Assembly: GCA_017403145.1 (NCBI GenBank)
Contig: JAFQOO010000002.1
Coordinates: 408-64,407, forward strand
Direction: 5' to 3'
DNA length: 64,000 nt
Source: Clostridia bacterium
GTDB lineage: Bacteria > Bacillota > Clostridia > Christensenellales > DTU072
Positions 6,999-15,388 of this stretch are shown here, piece by piece (the first letter of the stretch is position 1; the number at the start of each line of letters is the position of its first letter). Both the position numbers and the translations under genes were made by a program. The notes under the pieces are model-generated. The model was not told where the DNA came from. It made no database searches and saw only the letters and a program-made list of their open reading frames with translations.

Positions 6999-8309
6999 AT
7001 GAAAATTACCTTTATTGGTGCAGGTAGTACGGTGTTTTGTAAAAACGTGTTAGGTGATTGCTTACTTGCGGAGAATTTGCCTGAATTTGAAATTGCGCTT
7101 TTAGATATTGATAACGTTAGACTAGAGGAATCGTATGCTTTGATTTGTGCTCTTCGTGATAAATACAAGCCCGTAGTTAGGGTGAATAAATATCTTGCTA
7201 CCGATAGTGCACAAACGGAGGAAGCCTTTAGAAATGCTAATTACGTTATAAATGCTATCCAAGTAGGTGGATATAAGCCTTGCACGGTTACTGATTTTAA
7301 AATTCCTAAAAAATATGGTCTTCAACAAACAATTGGCGATACTATTGGAATAGGCGGTATATTCAGAGCGTTACGCACCATACCCGTAATGAAGGCTTAT
7401 GCCGACGTTATGGAAAGAGTTTGTCCCGATGCATTACTTCTTAATTACACTAATCCTATGAGTATATTATCGGGATATATGCAACGATATACCAAAGTTA
7501 AAACCGTTGGTTTATGCCACTCCTGTCAAGTAGTTGTTTCTTGGATAAATGGTAAACTTAAAGAGGAAAAACTTAACGATGCCGAGTATACTTTAGGCGG
7601 TATAAATCATATGTGTTGGTTGCTAACGTTGACCGATAAAGAGGGCAACGATTTATATCCATTATTTAAAAAGAAATTTAACGAGGTAAGACCATTTAAT
7701 GACCGCGTTAGATTGGAAATCATGAACCGTTTTGGATACTATAATACGGAGAGTAGCGAGCATACAGCGGAGTATCATCCTTACTTTATAAAATCAAAGT
7801 ATCCCCATCTAATTTTAAAATATTTAATCCCGATTGACGAGTATCCAAGACGTTGCAGACGTCAAATTAGACGTTGGAAAAAGCTTCGTAACGAGATTAT
7901 GGCGGATGGTAACGTTACTCACGAGCGTAGTAACGAGTATGGTTCGCGCATAATAGAAGCTTGCGAAACGGGGCAACCCTTCAAGATATATGGCAACGTG
8001 CAAAACGAGGGATGGATTACTAATCTGCCAAATACCGCTTGCGTTGAGGTGCCGATAATAGTTGATTCTAACGGACTAAATCCACAAGTGGTAGGCGAAC
8101 TTCCTCTGCAACTTGCAGCACTCAATATGACGCATATAGCGGTGCACGATATGGTACTAAAAGCTATAGAGACGGGCGAGAAGAAATATATTTATATGGC
8201 GGCATATCTTGACCCTCATACACGCGACCAACTCTCGCTTGATAAGATAAAATCGCTTTGCGACGACCTAATAAAAGCACACGGAGAATGGTTGCCAAAA
8301 TTTAAATAA
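6999..8309 (+). CDS. Glycoside hydrolase family 4 (alpha-galactosidase/alpha-glucosidase type)
   Basis: N-terminal NAD fold MKITFIGAGSTVF, the GLCHS block, and a length around 430 aa. Confidence 0.85.
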   Translation: MKITFIGAGSTVFCKNVLGDCLLAENLPEFEIALLDIDNVRLEESYALICALRDKYKPVVRVNKYLATDSAQTEEAFRNANYVINAIQVGGYKPCTVTDFKIPKKYGLQQTIGDTIGIGGIFRALRTIPVMKAYADVMERVCPDALLLNYTNPMSILSGYMQRYTKVKTVGLCHSCQVVVSWINGKLKEEKLNDAEYTLGGINHMCWLLTLTDKEGNDLYPLFKKKFNEVRPFNDRVRLEIMNRFGYYNTESSEHTAEYHPYFIKSKYPHLILKYLIPIDEYPRRCRRQIRRWKKLRNEIMADGNVTHERSNEYGSRIIEACETGQPFKIYGNVQNEGWITNLPNTACVEVPIIVDSNGLNPQVVGELPLQLAALNMTHIAVHDMVLKAIETGEKKYIYMAAYLDPHTRDQLSLDKIKSLCDDLIKAHGEWLPKFK

Positions 8310-8388
8310 AGGGAAAAGGGAATTATGAGAATAAATGCAAAGGAAATGACTTGCGCACGATGGACAACAACCCGATGAGGAATAGGAA

Positions 8389-9144
8389 ATGTTAGATATA
8401 ATAGAACAAAAGCTAAAAGAGATAGAAGAAACCGAAAATGTCAAAATACTCTATTGTGTGGAGTCCGGCAGCCGTGCTTGGGGCTTTGCATCGCACGATA
8501 GTGATTACGACGTAAGGTTTATTTACGTTAGAAGGGCAGAAGACTATCTAAGGCTAGACAAAAGAAGGGACGTTATAGAGTGGCAACTTGACGAAGTTTT
8601 GGATATCAATGGTTGGGACGTTAGTAAGGCTTTGCAACTACTTAACAAGTCCAATCCCACCTTGTTCGAGTGGAACTCTTCTCCCATAATTTATAAAAAA
8701 ACGGATGAGTGGGAGAAGGTATCACTTCTCATAAACGAGTATTTCGTGGCAAAAAACGGGCTATATCATTATCTAAATATGGCAAGAGGAAACTACCACG
8801 AATATTTGCAAGGTGAAAAGGTGCGCTTAAAGAAATACTTTTACGTGTTGCGACCATTGCTCGCTTGCGAGTGGATACTCAAAAAAGGTACCCCTCCGCC
8901 AATGTTATTTAGCGAGCTTGTTGATGAATGTTTGAGCGAAGAAATAAGGGGTGAGGTTGAAGCTCTTCTAAACAACAAAATGAATTCTCCAGAGCTTGGA
9001 GAGGGCGATAAAATAGTGGTATTAAACGAATATATCGTTAAAAAACTAGATAGTATAGCTGAAGAAATAGAAAAACTACCCACAGAACGTAGTAAGGGCT
9101 GGGATAAAATAAACGAAACATTTATTTCACTTATAAAGGAGTAA
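8389..9144 (+). CDS. YcgL-type Pol-beta superfamily nucleotidyltransferase (PF10127-like)
   Basis: ESGSRAWGFASHDSDYDVRFIY and DINGWDVSKALQLLNKSNPTLFEW closely match my recollection of the B. subtilis YcgL family. Confidence 0.8.
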   Translation: MLDIIEQKLKEIEETENVKILYCVESGSRAWGFASHDSDYDVRFIYVRRAEDYLRLDKRRDVIEWQLDEVLDINGWDVSKALQLLNKSNPTLFEWNSSPIIYKKTDEWEKVSLLINEYFVAKNGLYHYLNMARGNYHEYLQGEKVRLKKYFYVLRPLLACEWILKKGTPPPMLFSELVDECLSEEIRGEVEALLNNKMNSPELGEGDKIVVLNEYIVKKLDSIAEEIEKLPTERSKGWDKINETFISLIKE

Positions 9145-9149
9145 CAAAG

Positions 9150-9755
9150 ATGAAAAGAATAGTAAGATACGGGGTTTTTGAAACCAATAGTTCAAGTTCA
9201 CACTCTATTACCATTAAAAAGAAAGATGCCAATACCTCTTGGAGAAAGAAAGAGGATATTCCCGGCGATGAAAAGGAAATTCGCTCACCTGTAGAGAAGA
9301 TGTTTATGGTTTGGGGATTGGTTGTCGAAGAATTCTTTACCCTTTTAGTACGCGAAAAAAATGAAGCTATGGAAATAGAAGATGAAGAAGAAAGAAGTGG
9401 CATTCTTGAACAAATCGATAAAAGATACCAAAAGCTGGTAGCGGATAGAGAAGCCTTCATAAGCGAATGCAAAAAGGTGCAAGAAATCAAAGAGGATGCG
9501 GTTAGGGAATTTATGGAAAGAGCCGAAGAAGAGCCTTTCAATCACGATTTATGTTGTAGATTCTTCAACGAAGACTGCTTAGATGAGTGCACTTGTGGCT
9601 ACGACCTATATAGAGTATATAAAGAACTTGGTCTTGATTATTATAAAGACGATATAGCTACCCTTGCCAAAGCGTTATTTGACGAAAACGTATATTTTGT
9701 AACCTGCGAAGAATGGTTCGGTGGCTGTTGGGATATCGATAAATATATCTTCTAA
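9150..9755 (+). CDS. Hypothetical protein with FETNSSSSHS N-terminal motif and an acidic coiled middle
   Basis: Starts 6 nt after the upstream stop. Has a Cys cluster, CCRFFNEDCLDECTCG. No family name recalled. Confidence 0.65.
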   Translation: MKRIVRYGVFETNSSSSHSITIKKKDANTSWRKKEDIPGDEKEIRSPVEKMFMVWGLVVEEFFTLLVREKNEAMEIEDEEERSGILEQIDKRYQKLVADREAFISECKKVQEIKEDAVREFMERAEEEPFNHDLCCRFFNEDCLDECTCGYDLYRVYKELGLDYYKDDIATLAKALFDENVYFVTCEEWFGGCWDIDKYIF

Positions 9756-10627
9756 TGAATCTTTTAGCCGAGTATAAAAATGGGAATTACGTCGTTAGAT
9801 TATTTGACGACGGTACTAAAGAGCTTGTAACCGAGGACGATAAATTTATCGCCTGCTTTCCCGATAGCATTGATTTGAAGATAACCGATTATTGCGAGCT
9901 CAATTGTCCTATGTGCCACGAAAAGTCGTCGGTACTAGGTAAGCACGCCCAGTTGGATGCGGAATTTATAGACAAATTGCAGGCGGGAACTGAACTAGCA
10001 ATCGGCGGCGGAAATCCCTTTTCGCACCCCGAATTAGTTCCATTTTTAACTAAGTTAAAAGAAATAGGCGTCGTTCCCAATATAACTATAAACGAAAGGC
10101 ATTTGTCCCGTTATAAAGAGGTAATAGAGGAACTCATTGCCAAAAAGCTGATTTATGGACTAGGGATATCGCTTGCTAGCTATGAAGAAAGTACCTTTGA
10201 TTTTGCTAAGAGTTATCCACACGCGGTCCTACACGTTATTTGCGGTATTGTCGACGTCGATAAACTTATAGATATGGGTAGCGAGGAGCATAAGTTACTA
10301 ATATTAGGCTACAAAAAGAGGGGACGTGGAGAGAGTTTTTATTCAAACGAGGTTCGTGATAAAATAGAGGAGTGTTACAAAGCTCTCCCTAGAATATCTT
10401 CAAAATACGGGATAGTTAGTTTCGATAATCTTGCTCTAAAACAGCTTGACGTAAAAGAGCGTATCAAAGAAGACCTTTGGGAAGAGCGTTTTATGGGCGA
10501 TGATGGACAAAATACTATGTATATAGATTTAGTAAAGGGGGAATTTGCGGTAAGCTCTACCGCGGAAACAAGATATCCCATACTTGATAACGTGGAAGAT
10601 ATGTTCGAGGTAATCCGCATTAAATAA
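9755..10627 (+). CDS. Radical SAM protein (no SPASM/twitch extension evident)
   Basis: CX3CX2C motif DYCELNCPMCHE, and GGGNP (a GGE-like SAM motif). The start overlaps the upstream stop (TAATG). Confidence 0.85.
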   Translation: MNLLAEYKNGNYVVRLFDDGTKELVTEDDKFIACFPDSIDLKITDYCELNCPMCHEKSSVLGKHAQLDAEFIDKLQAGTELAIGGGNPFSHPELVPFLTKLKEIGVVPNITINERHLSRYKEVIEELIAKKLIYGLGISLASYEESTFDFAKSYPHAVLHVICGIVDVDKLIDMGSEEHKLLILGYKKRGRGESFYSNEVRDKIEECYKALPRISSKYGIVSFDNLALKQLDVKERIKEDLWEERFMGDDGQNTMYIDLVKGEFAVSSTAETRYPILDNVEDMFEVIRIK

Positions 10628-10667
10628 TTTCCTAAAAAGGGAGCATACTACTCTTAAAGGAGAGAGT

Positions 10668-10766
10668 ATGAAAAAGAATAAAGGCAGTAAAAGCGATACG
10701 CTTGGCTCATATACGGGAGTACCTACCGATGGCGGTAAACCAACCCAAGATGCCGATGACCTATGA
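10668..10766 (+). CDS. Unannotated 32-aa ORF MKKNKGSKSDTLGSYTGVPTDGGKPTQDADDL
   Basis: Strong RBS aaaggagagagt 5 nt upstream of the ATG. A terminator follows immediately. Too short to appear in the ORF track. Confidence 0.5.
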   Translation: MKKNKGSKSDTLGSYTGVPTDGGKPTQDADDL

Positions 10767-10771
10767 AGAAA

Positions 10772-10795
10772 ATCCGAGTTAATCTCGGATTTTTT
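10772..10795 (+). terminator. Rho-independent terminator
   Basis: Stem atccgag/ctcggat, loop ttaat, then TTTTT. Confidence 0.8.
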
Positions 10796-10886
10796 AATAT
10801 ACACAATAATAACACAATTTACTCATTATACTATCATTGATTATATGTGCTTTTGGTGTTACAATAAAGAAAAAGGTGGTAATAAT

Positions 10887-12395
10887 ATGAAAAAAAGTTT
10901 TATTATTGTACCGATTATTTTAATTAGTATTTGTTTGATTTTTTCTTTAACAGCCTGTTCGGTAAAAGACGATTCGAACTTCCTTTATGATAATTACGGT
11001 GTCAAGTATGCTGGCGTTTACGGTGATTACGAAAGTAGTGAGAACTATACGGAAATAATAGAGAACGATTTTATATCTACCGAGACGAATAACGTGAGTT
11101 ATTTTTCTATTGATGCAAACACCGCCTCTTATCCTAATTTACGCAAACGCATAATGGAGAACTATAACATACCTAAAGATGCTGTTAGAGTAGAGGAAAT
11201 GTTAAATTATTTTAGTTATGATTACGTTAAACCCACCGATGGCTCTATAATGTCGCTTACGTCTTCGGTTTTTGACAATCCTTATAATCCCCAAACAAAG
11301 CTTATGACCATAGGTCTTGCTTCTAAAGAGGTAGCATTTAGCAACGTTAAGAATAATTTGGTATTCCTAATAGACGTTAGTGGTTCTATGTATAGCGCCG
11401 ACAAACTTCCCTTGGTGCAAGAATCTTTCAAATTGCTGGTAGAAAATCTCAATGCGGAAGATAGAATATCTATAGTAACCTATGCAGGAAACGATAACGT
11501 TGCGTTAAAAGGGGCTTATGGTAACGAAAAACAAAAGATAATGGCGGTTATAGAAGATTTGGTAGCCGGCGGTTCTACTGCAGGTAGCGAGGGTATAAAG
11601 ACTGCATATAACATTGCAAGGGAGTGCTTTATAGAGGGCGGTAACAACCGAGTAATTCTTGCAACCGATGGCGATTTTAACGTAGGAATATCTAACACCA
11701 CAGCGCTTGGTAGATTTATTGGAGAAAAACGAGAGAGTGGAATATATTTTTCCGTTTATGGTTTTGGAACAGGCAACATCCAATCTGACCTAATGGAAAC
11801 GTTGGCTCTTGAAGGTAATGGAGTATATAGTTATATAGATTCCATTATGGAAGCAAGGCGCGCACTCGTAACAGATATAGGCGGTTCGCTTGTAACCGTT
11901 GCAAAAGACGTTAAAGCGGGAGTAACCTTCAATAAAGATTACGTTGATAGCTATCGCTTGATAGGATACGAAAATAAACTACTTACCGAAGATGAATTTA
12001 ATGATGATAAAACCGATGCGGGTGAGCTCGGAAGCGGACATACGGTAACTATCGTATACGAAATAAAGCTAAAAGAAAGGGAACTTGTTGAAAACGAAAA
12101 GTTTGCTGAAGTTATATTGAAATATAAACCGACGGAAAATTCCGGCGACGATACTTTAGAGCAAAGCATTACTCTAGGTATATCAACGAATGATTATCGC
12201 ACTATGAACGCCCAAGACGCATTTATCTCGTCGGTAATAGAGTTTGCTTTGATATTGCGCGAGTCTAATTATAAAGCCAATGCCGACCTTAACGCACTTA
12301 TTACTCGTCTTGATAATTTGGATTTATCTAGCGACCAATTCAAAGCGGAATTCCGCGACGTAGTAAAAAAGTATCGTGAAAATATAAATGGTTAA
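10887..12395 (+). CDS. von Willebrand factor type A domain lipoprotein (YfbK-like)
   Basis: Lipobox LTAC. N-terminal block is VRVEEMLNYFSYDY. The MIDAS-type motif is DVSGSM. The internal ATG at 10887 has RBS aaaggtgg. Confidence 0.8.
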   Translation: MKKSFIIVPIILISICLIFSLTACSVKDDSNFLYDNYGVKYAGVYGDYESSENYTEIIENDFISTETNNVSYFSIDANTASYPNLRKRIMENYNIPKDAVRVEEMLNYFSYDYVKPTDGSIMSLTSSVFDNPYNPQTKLMTIGLASKEVAFSNVKNNLVFLIDVSGSMYSADKLPLVQESFKLLVENLNAEDRISIVTYAGNDNVALKGAYGNEKQKIMAVIEDLVAGGSTAGSEGIKTAYNIARECFIEGGNNRVILATDGDFNVGISNTTALGRFIGEKRESGIYFSVYGFGTGNIQSDLMETLALEGNGVYSYIDSIMEARRALVTDIGGSLVTVAKDVKAGVTFNKDYVDSYRLIGYENKLLTEDEFNDDKTDAGELGSGHTVTIVYEIKLKERELVENEKFAEVILKYKPTENSGDDTLEQSITLGISTNDYRTMNAQDAFISSVIEFALILRESNYKANADLNALITRLDNLDLSSDQFKAEFRDVVKKYRENING

Positions 12396-12397
12396 AT

Positions 12398-12427
12398 AAA
12401 GAGCCGATTAAGTCGGCTCTTTATTTT
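12398..12427. terminator. Bidirectional terminator
   Basis: Stem aaagagccga/tcggctcttt flanked by A and T runs, between convergent genes. Confidence 0.85.
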
Positions 12428-12432
12428 GTAGG

Positions 12433-13296
12433 TTACTCGATAATTCTTTTTGCGGTTATAAAGTAGTCCCAGCGCGTTTGAGAAATGGGTTCTATTACCG
12501 CGTAATCACTAGCGGTATGTAGTATATAGTTGTCGCCAAGATACATTCCCACGTGCCTAACGCGATTTATGCCGGTTGAATTATATCCGTTTGCATTGGT
12601 AAAGAACATCAAATCACCTCGCCTTAACTCGTCAACCTTGTTGCCTTGATAATACTGTTTTTTGCTGGTTACTTCAAGTAAATCTCCGTTACCAAAGTAA
12701 AACATATATTGCATTAGCGCCGAGCAATCGTATTTACCGGGTACAAAGTTATAGTTCAACTTTCCGTTTCCCCAATGATATCGTTCCGAACCATATACGT
12801 AAGGATGCCCAAGTAACTTTAAACCTATGGCTATAACTTTTTCTATTCTATCGTCGCCTTTTGCTATTTTTACAAGTGTAACGTAGTCTTTATGTACGTA
12901 GGCTGTTTTTTCCTTATAAACGGTACGATACCAATTACCGCTTTCGCCTTCAAGAGAGAGCATATCCCCCTTATTTATACTACCGAGTTTACTAGAAGCG
13001 GTACTTGTCCCACTCCGTACGCTCAAAGAGTTTACATTTGAGGATAAGTAGTATGCGTAACTAATAGTAGGGGTAGGTGGAGTTTCTTCTTCGCTAGGTT
13101 TTTCGGGTTCACTTGGAGGCGTAGGCTCGTTTGGAGTATCGGGCTCTGTGGGTAAGCTTTCATCACTACCTTCCGTGTCTGGCAACGCACCTTCAATAGA
13201 GGGTGTATAATCTTCACTTTCTTTGCAAGCGGATAGGGTGAAAAGCATACTAAAGGTTACTAAAAGTATAAAAGTATTGAGTAAATATTTTTTCAT
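12433..13296 (-). CDS. NlpC/P60 cell-wall hydrolase lipoprotein with SH3 domain
   Basis: Lipobox LSAC and a Pro/Glu/Thr-rich linker. The SH3-like segment is followed by catalytic YDCSALMQYMF and HVGMYLG. Confidence 0.85.
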   Translation of the reverse strand: MKKYLLNTFILLVTFSMLFTLSACKESEDYTPSIEGALPDTEGSDESLPTEPDTPNEPTPPSEPEKPSEEETPPTPTISYAYYLSSNVNSLSVRSGTSTASSKLGSINKGDMLSLEGESGNWYRTVYKEKTAYVHKDYVTLVKIAKGDDRIEKVIAIGLKLLGHPYVYGSERYHWGNGKLNYNFVPGKYDCSALMQYMFYFGNGDLLEVTSKKQYYQGNKVDELRRGDLMFFTNANGYNSTGINRVRHVGMYLGDNYILHTASDYAVIEPISQTRWDYFITAKRIIE

Positions 13297-13421
13297 AGCA
13301 TCATTTTAAAAGTAAATAAACTATAAGTCAACGCACAAATTATGGTAAATTGGGTGTTATACCTATTGAATGAGGTGGTAAATTGTGGTAAAATCAAAAT
13401 ATCAACTTTGGAGAAAGGAAT

Positions 13422-14162
13422 ATGAAAAAGTTAAAAAGGAAAATTATAGGCTTTTTAGTAGTGATAGCTCTTTTAGCCGGCATTATTTTTGGTGCCGCTA
13501 TGTTTGTTGGTTGCACCGACGTTCAACTACATACGAAAGCAAAAGATGGACAAATCAAAGTAGCTTGCGTAGGCGATAGCATAACTTATGGAATGAGTGT
13601 TATAAATTGGTTTAAAAACACCTATCCCGCACAACTAGGCGATATGTTGGGCGACGATTATCACGTATTAAACTTTGGATTTAGTGCAAAAACCGCCCAA
13701 GAAAATAACGTAGAATCATATCGTGCAACCAAACTATACGAAAAGAGCAAGAAATATCAACCTGACATTGTTATACTTATGCTTGGCTCTAACGATAGTA
13801 AGCCCTATAACTTTACCGATGGTAAAGCGGACTTTAAGCAAGCGATGAAGGAACTTATAGAGATATATCAAGGACTTGAAAGTTCACCTGAAATTATACT
13901 TGCTACCGTCAACTCCGGTTTTTACGTTCACGGAGCAAAGGAAGGCGACTATATGTACGATATCAATGGTGAGAATATAAATATAATTAACGAAGCAATC
14001 AAAGAACTTGCCGATGAATATAATCTCACGTTAGTCGATACCTATGCGATTACCAAAGACCACCCCGAATGGTACAAACTTGATGGTATCCACCCCGATA
14101 AAAACGGACAAACCGCTATGGCAGAAGCATTCTATGAAGCAGTTAAGAGCTTGGCAAAATAG
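13422..14162 (+). CDS. SGNH/GDSL hydrolase
   Basis: Block I is CVGDSITYG, block V is DGIHPD, and there is an N-terminal signal/anchor. Confidence 0.85.
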   Translation: MKKLKRKIIGFLVVIALLAGIIFGAAMFVGCTDVQLHTKAKDGQIKVACVGDSITYGMSVINWFKNTYPAQLGDMLGDDYHVLNFGFSAKTAQENNVESYRATKLYEKSKKYQPDIVILMLGSNDSKPYNFTDGKADFKQAMKELIEIYQGLESSPEIILATVNSGFYVHGAKEGDYMYDINGENINIINEAIKELADEYNLTLVDTYAITKDHPEWYKLDGIHPDKNGQTAMAEAFYEAVKSLAK

Positions 14163-14180
14163 TGATTAAAAGGGAATGGT

Positions 14181-14978
14181 ATGTTTACTATAAAATTATT
14201 ACATAGATATAGACAAATATTGAGATGGTTGGGAATTGTATGTAGGCATAGTTATGATATCATTATGATAGCATATCTTGTTTGTATGTTGGTTTTTGGC
14301 TTTGGTAATTTTGTAGTAAATGCTATACTTTTTGCACTTTTAATACCAAGTATAATAATTTCTATACCATTCAAAGAGAAAAAGGTAAAAAAGGCAATTA
14401 AAAAGAAAAAAATTGTCAATATAAGGACGTTGCGAAAAGTAAAGCACTTACTCAAAGTTGCAAAAATTTTGGTTAAAACCTATACTTTAGCACTAACGAT
14501 ATATGGTATAATTGTCGCTATAACAATTGCTTCACCTCTTGCGATAGCATCGATGATAGCATCGATAATAATGTGGATTTTTACCTTGATAACCGAAATT
14601 GCTTCAATTGTTGTAGATTCCTTTGTTAGCAGTTTTGAAAAGGATAAAGAGCATTTAATAGGACAATTAACAAAAGGCAAAGATTTTGTAATCGAAAAGT
14701 TTGAACAAGGTAAGGAATATGCTCAAGAAAAGTACACTCAAGGCAAGGAATATGCCCAAGAAAAATATGTAGAAAGCAAAGAATATGCACAAGAGAAAAT
14801 ATCTCAAGGCAAAGAATTTGCACAAGAGAAATATAATCAAGGCAAGGAATTCGTAGAGGAAAAATATGCCCAAGGTAAAGAGTATGCGCTTGCAACGGTA
14901 GAGCAAGGCAAGACCAAACTTGACGAAGCAAAAACAGCTGTACAAGGTTTCTTTAACAAGGATAAAAAAGCCGAGTAA
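14181..14978 (+). CDS. Membrane protein with a C-terminal 11-residue tandem-repeat tail
   Basis: Several N-terminal TM helices, then QGKEYAQEKY-type repeats. Confidence 0.7.
   Translation: MFTIKLLHRYRQILRWLGIVCRHSYDIIMIAYLVCMLVFGFGNFVVNAILFALLIPSIIISIPFKEKKVKKAIKKKKIVNIRTLRKVKHLLKVAKILVKTYTLALTIYGIIVAITIASPLAIASMIASIIMWIFTLITEIASIVVDSFVSSFEKDKEHLIGQLTKGKDFVIEKFEQGKEYAQEKYTQGKEYAQEKYVESKEYAQEKISQGKEFAQEKYNQGKEFVEEKYAQGKEYALATVEQGKTKLDEAKTAVQGFFNKDKKAE
14668..14898 (+). repeat. About seven tandem 33-bp (11-aa) repeats inside the CDS
   Basis: The units read TKGKDFVIEKF, EQGKEYAQEKY, TQGKEYAQEKY, VESKEYAQEKI, SQGKEFAQEKY, NQGKEFVEEKY, AQGKEYALATV. Confidence 0.85.
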
Positions 14979-14991
14979 GGCAAAGTTAATC

Positions 14992-15021
14992 AAAAAAACC
15001 AAGCAATTGCTTGGTTTTTTC
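14992..15021 (+). terminator. Rho-independent terminator
   Basis: Perfect palindrome ccaagcaattgcttgg followed by a T run. Confidence 0.85.
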
Positions 15022-15044
15022 TTTTATTTTATAGTTTTTTGTTG

Positions 15045-15073
15045 TTGACTTTCACGCTTTAGTGTGCTAAACT
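15045..15073 (+). promoter_or_regulatory. Sigma-A type promoter of the yerC-his operon, with an embedded inverted repeat
   Basis: TTGACT-N17-TAAACT. The inverted repeat TTTAGtgtgCTAAA (15058..15071) overlaps the -10, and ACTAGT follows just downstream. Confidence 0.55.
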
Positions 15074-15103
15074 AGTAAAGTATTTTATTAGGAGTAGTGT
15101 ACT

Positions 15104-15388
15104 ATGATTAAATTTGCAGATAATTTAGACCTATTGTGTAAGGCAATTTTAACGTTAAAATCGGAAGAGGAGTGCAAGGCTTTCCTTAACGATATTTGTA
15201 CTATACAAGAATTAGAAGCGCTTGTTCAAAGATTGGACGTTGCTCTAAAGCTAACCGAAGGTGTAAGTTACCAAGAAATCAACAAGAGCGTAGGGGCTTC
15301 TACCGCAACGATATCTAGGGTTAGCAAATATCTAAATTATGGCGCAGACGGTTATAAGATGGTTATAGAGAGGTTGAAAAATGTTTAG
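15104..15388 (+). CDS. yerC: YerC/YecD (TrpR-like) family DNA-binding protein, candidate histidine-operon repressor
   Basis: CTIQELEALVQRLDVA and the HTH segment SYQEINKSVGASTATISRV are typical of this family. It overlaps the hisZG start by 8 nt. Confidence 0.8.
   Translation: MIKFADNLDLLCKAILTLKSEEECKAFLNDICTIQELEALVQRLDVALKLTEGVSYQEINKSVGASTATISRVSKYLNYGADGYKMVIERLKNV

Noticed and set aside
8325-8378. 17-aa upstream ORF (MRINAKEMTCARWTTTR) before the nucleotidyltransferase gene
   Set aside because: Its RBS is only weak (aaggga). It has no terminator or attenuator structure and no recognisable leader-peptide logic. It cannot be supported from sequence alone.
10213-10221. Fifth perfect TTATCCACA box
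   Set aside because: It lies inside the radical SAM coding sequence (codons for SYPHA), is isolated, and is consistent with the roughly one chance occurrence expected in 64 kb.
9755-10766. Classical RiPP (sactipeptide/ranthipeptide) cluster
   Set aside because: The radical SAM protein has no SPASM or twitch Cys clusters. The 32-aa peptide has no Cys, and there are no protease or transporter genes. The small ORF is kept only as an open question.
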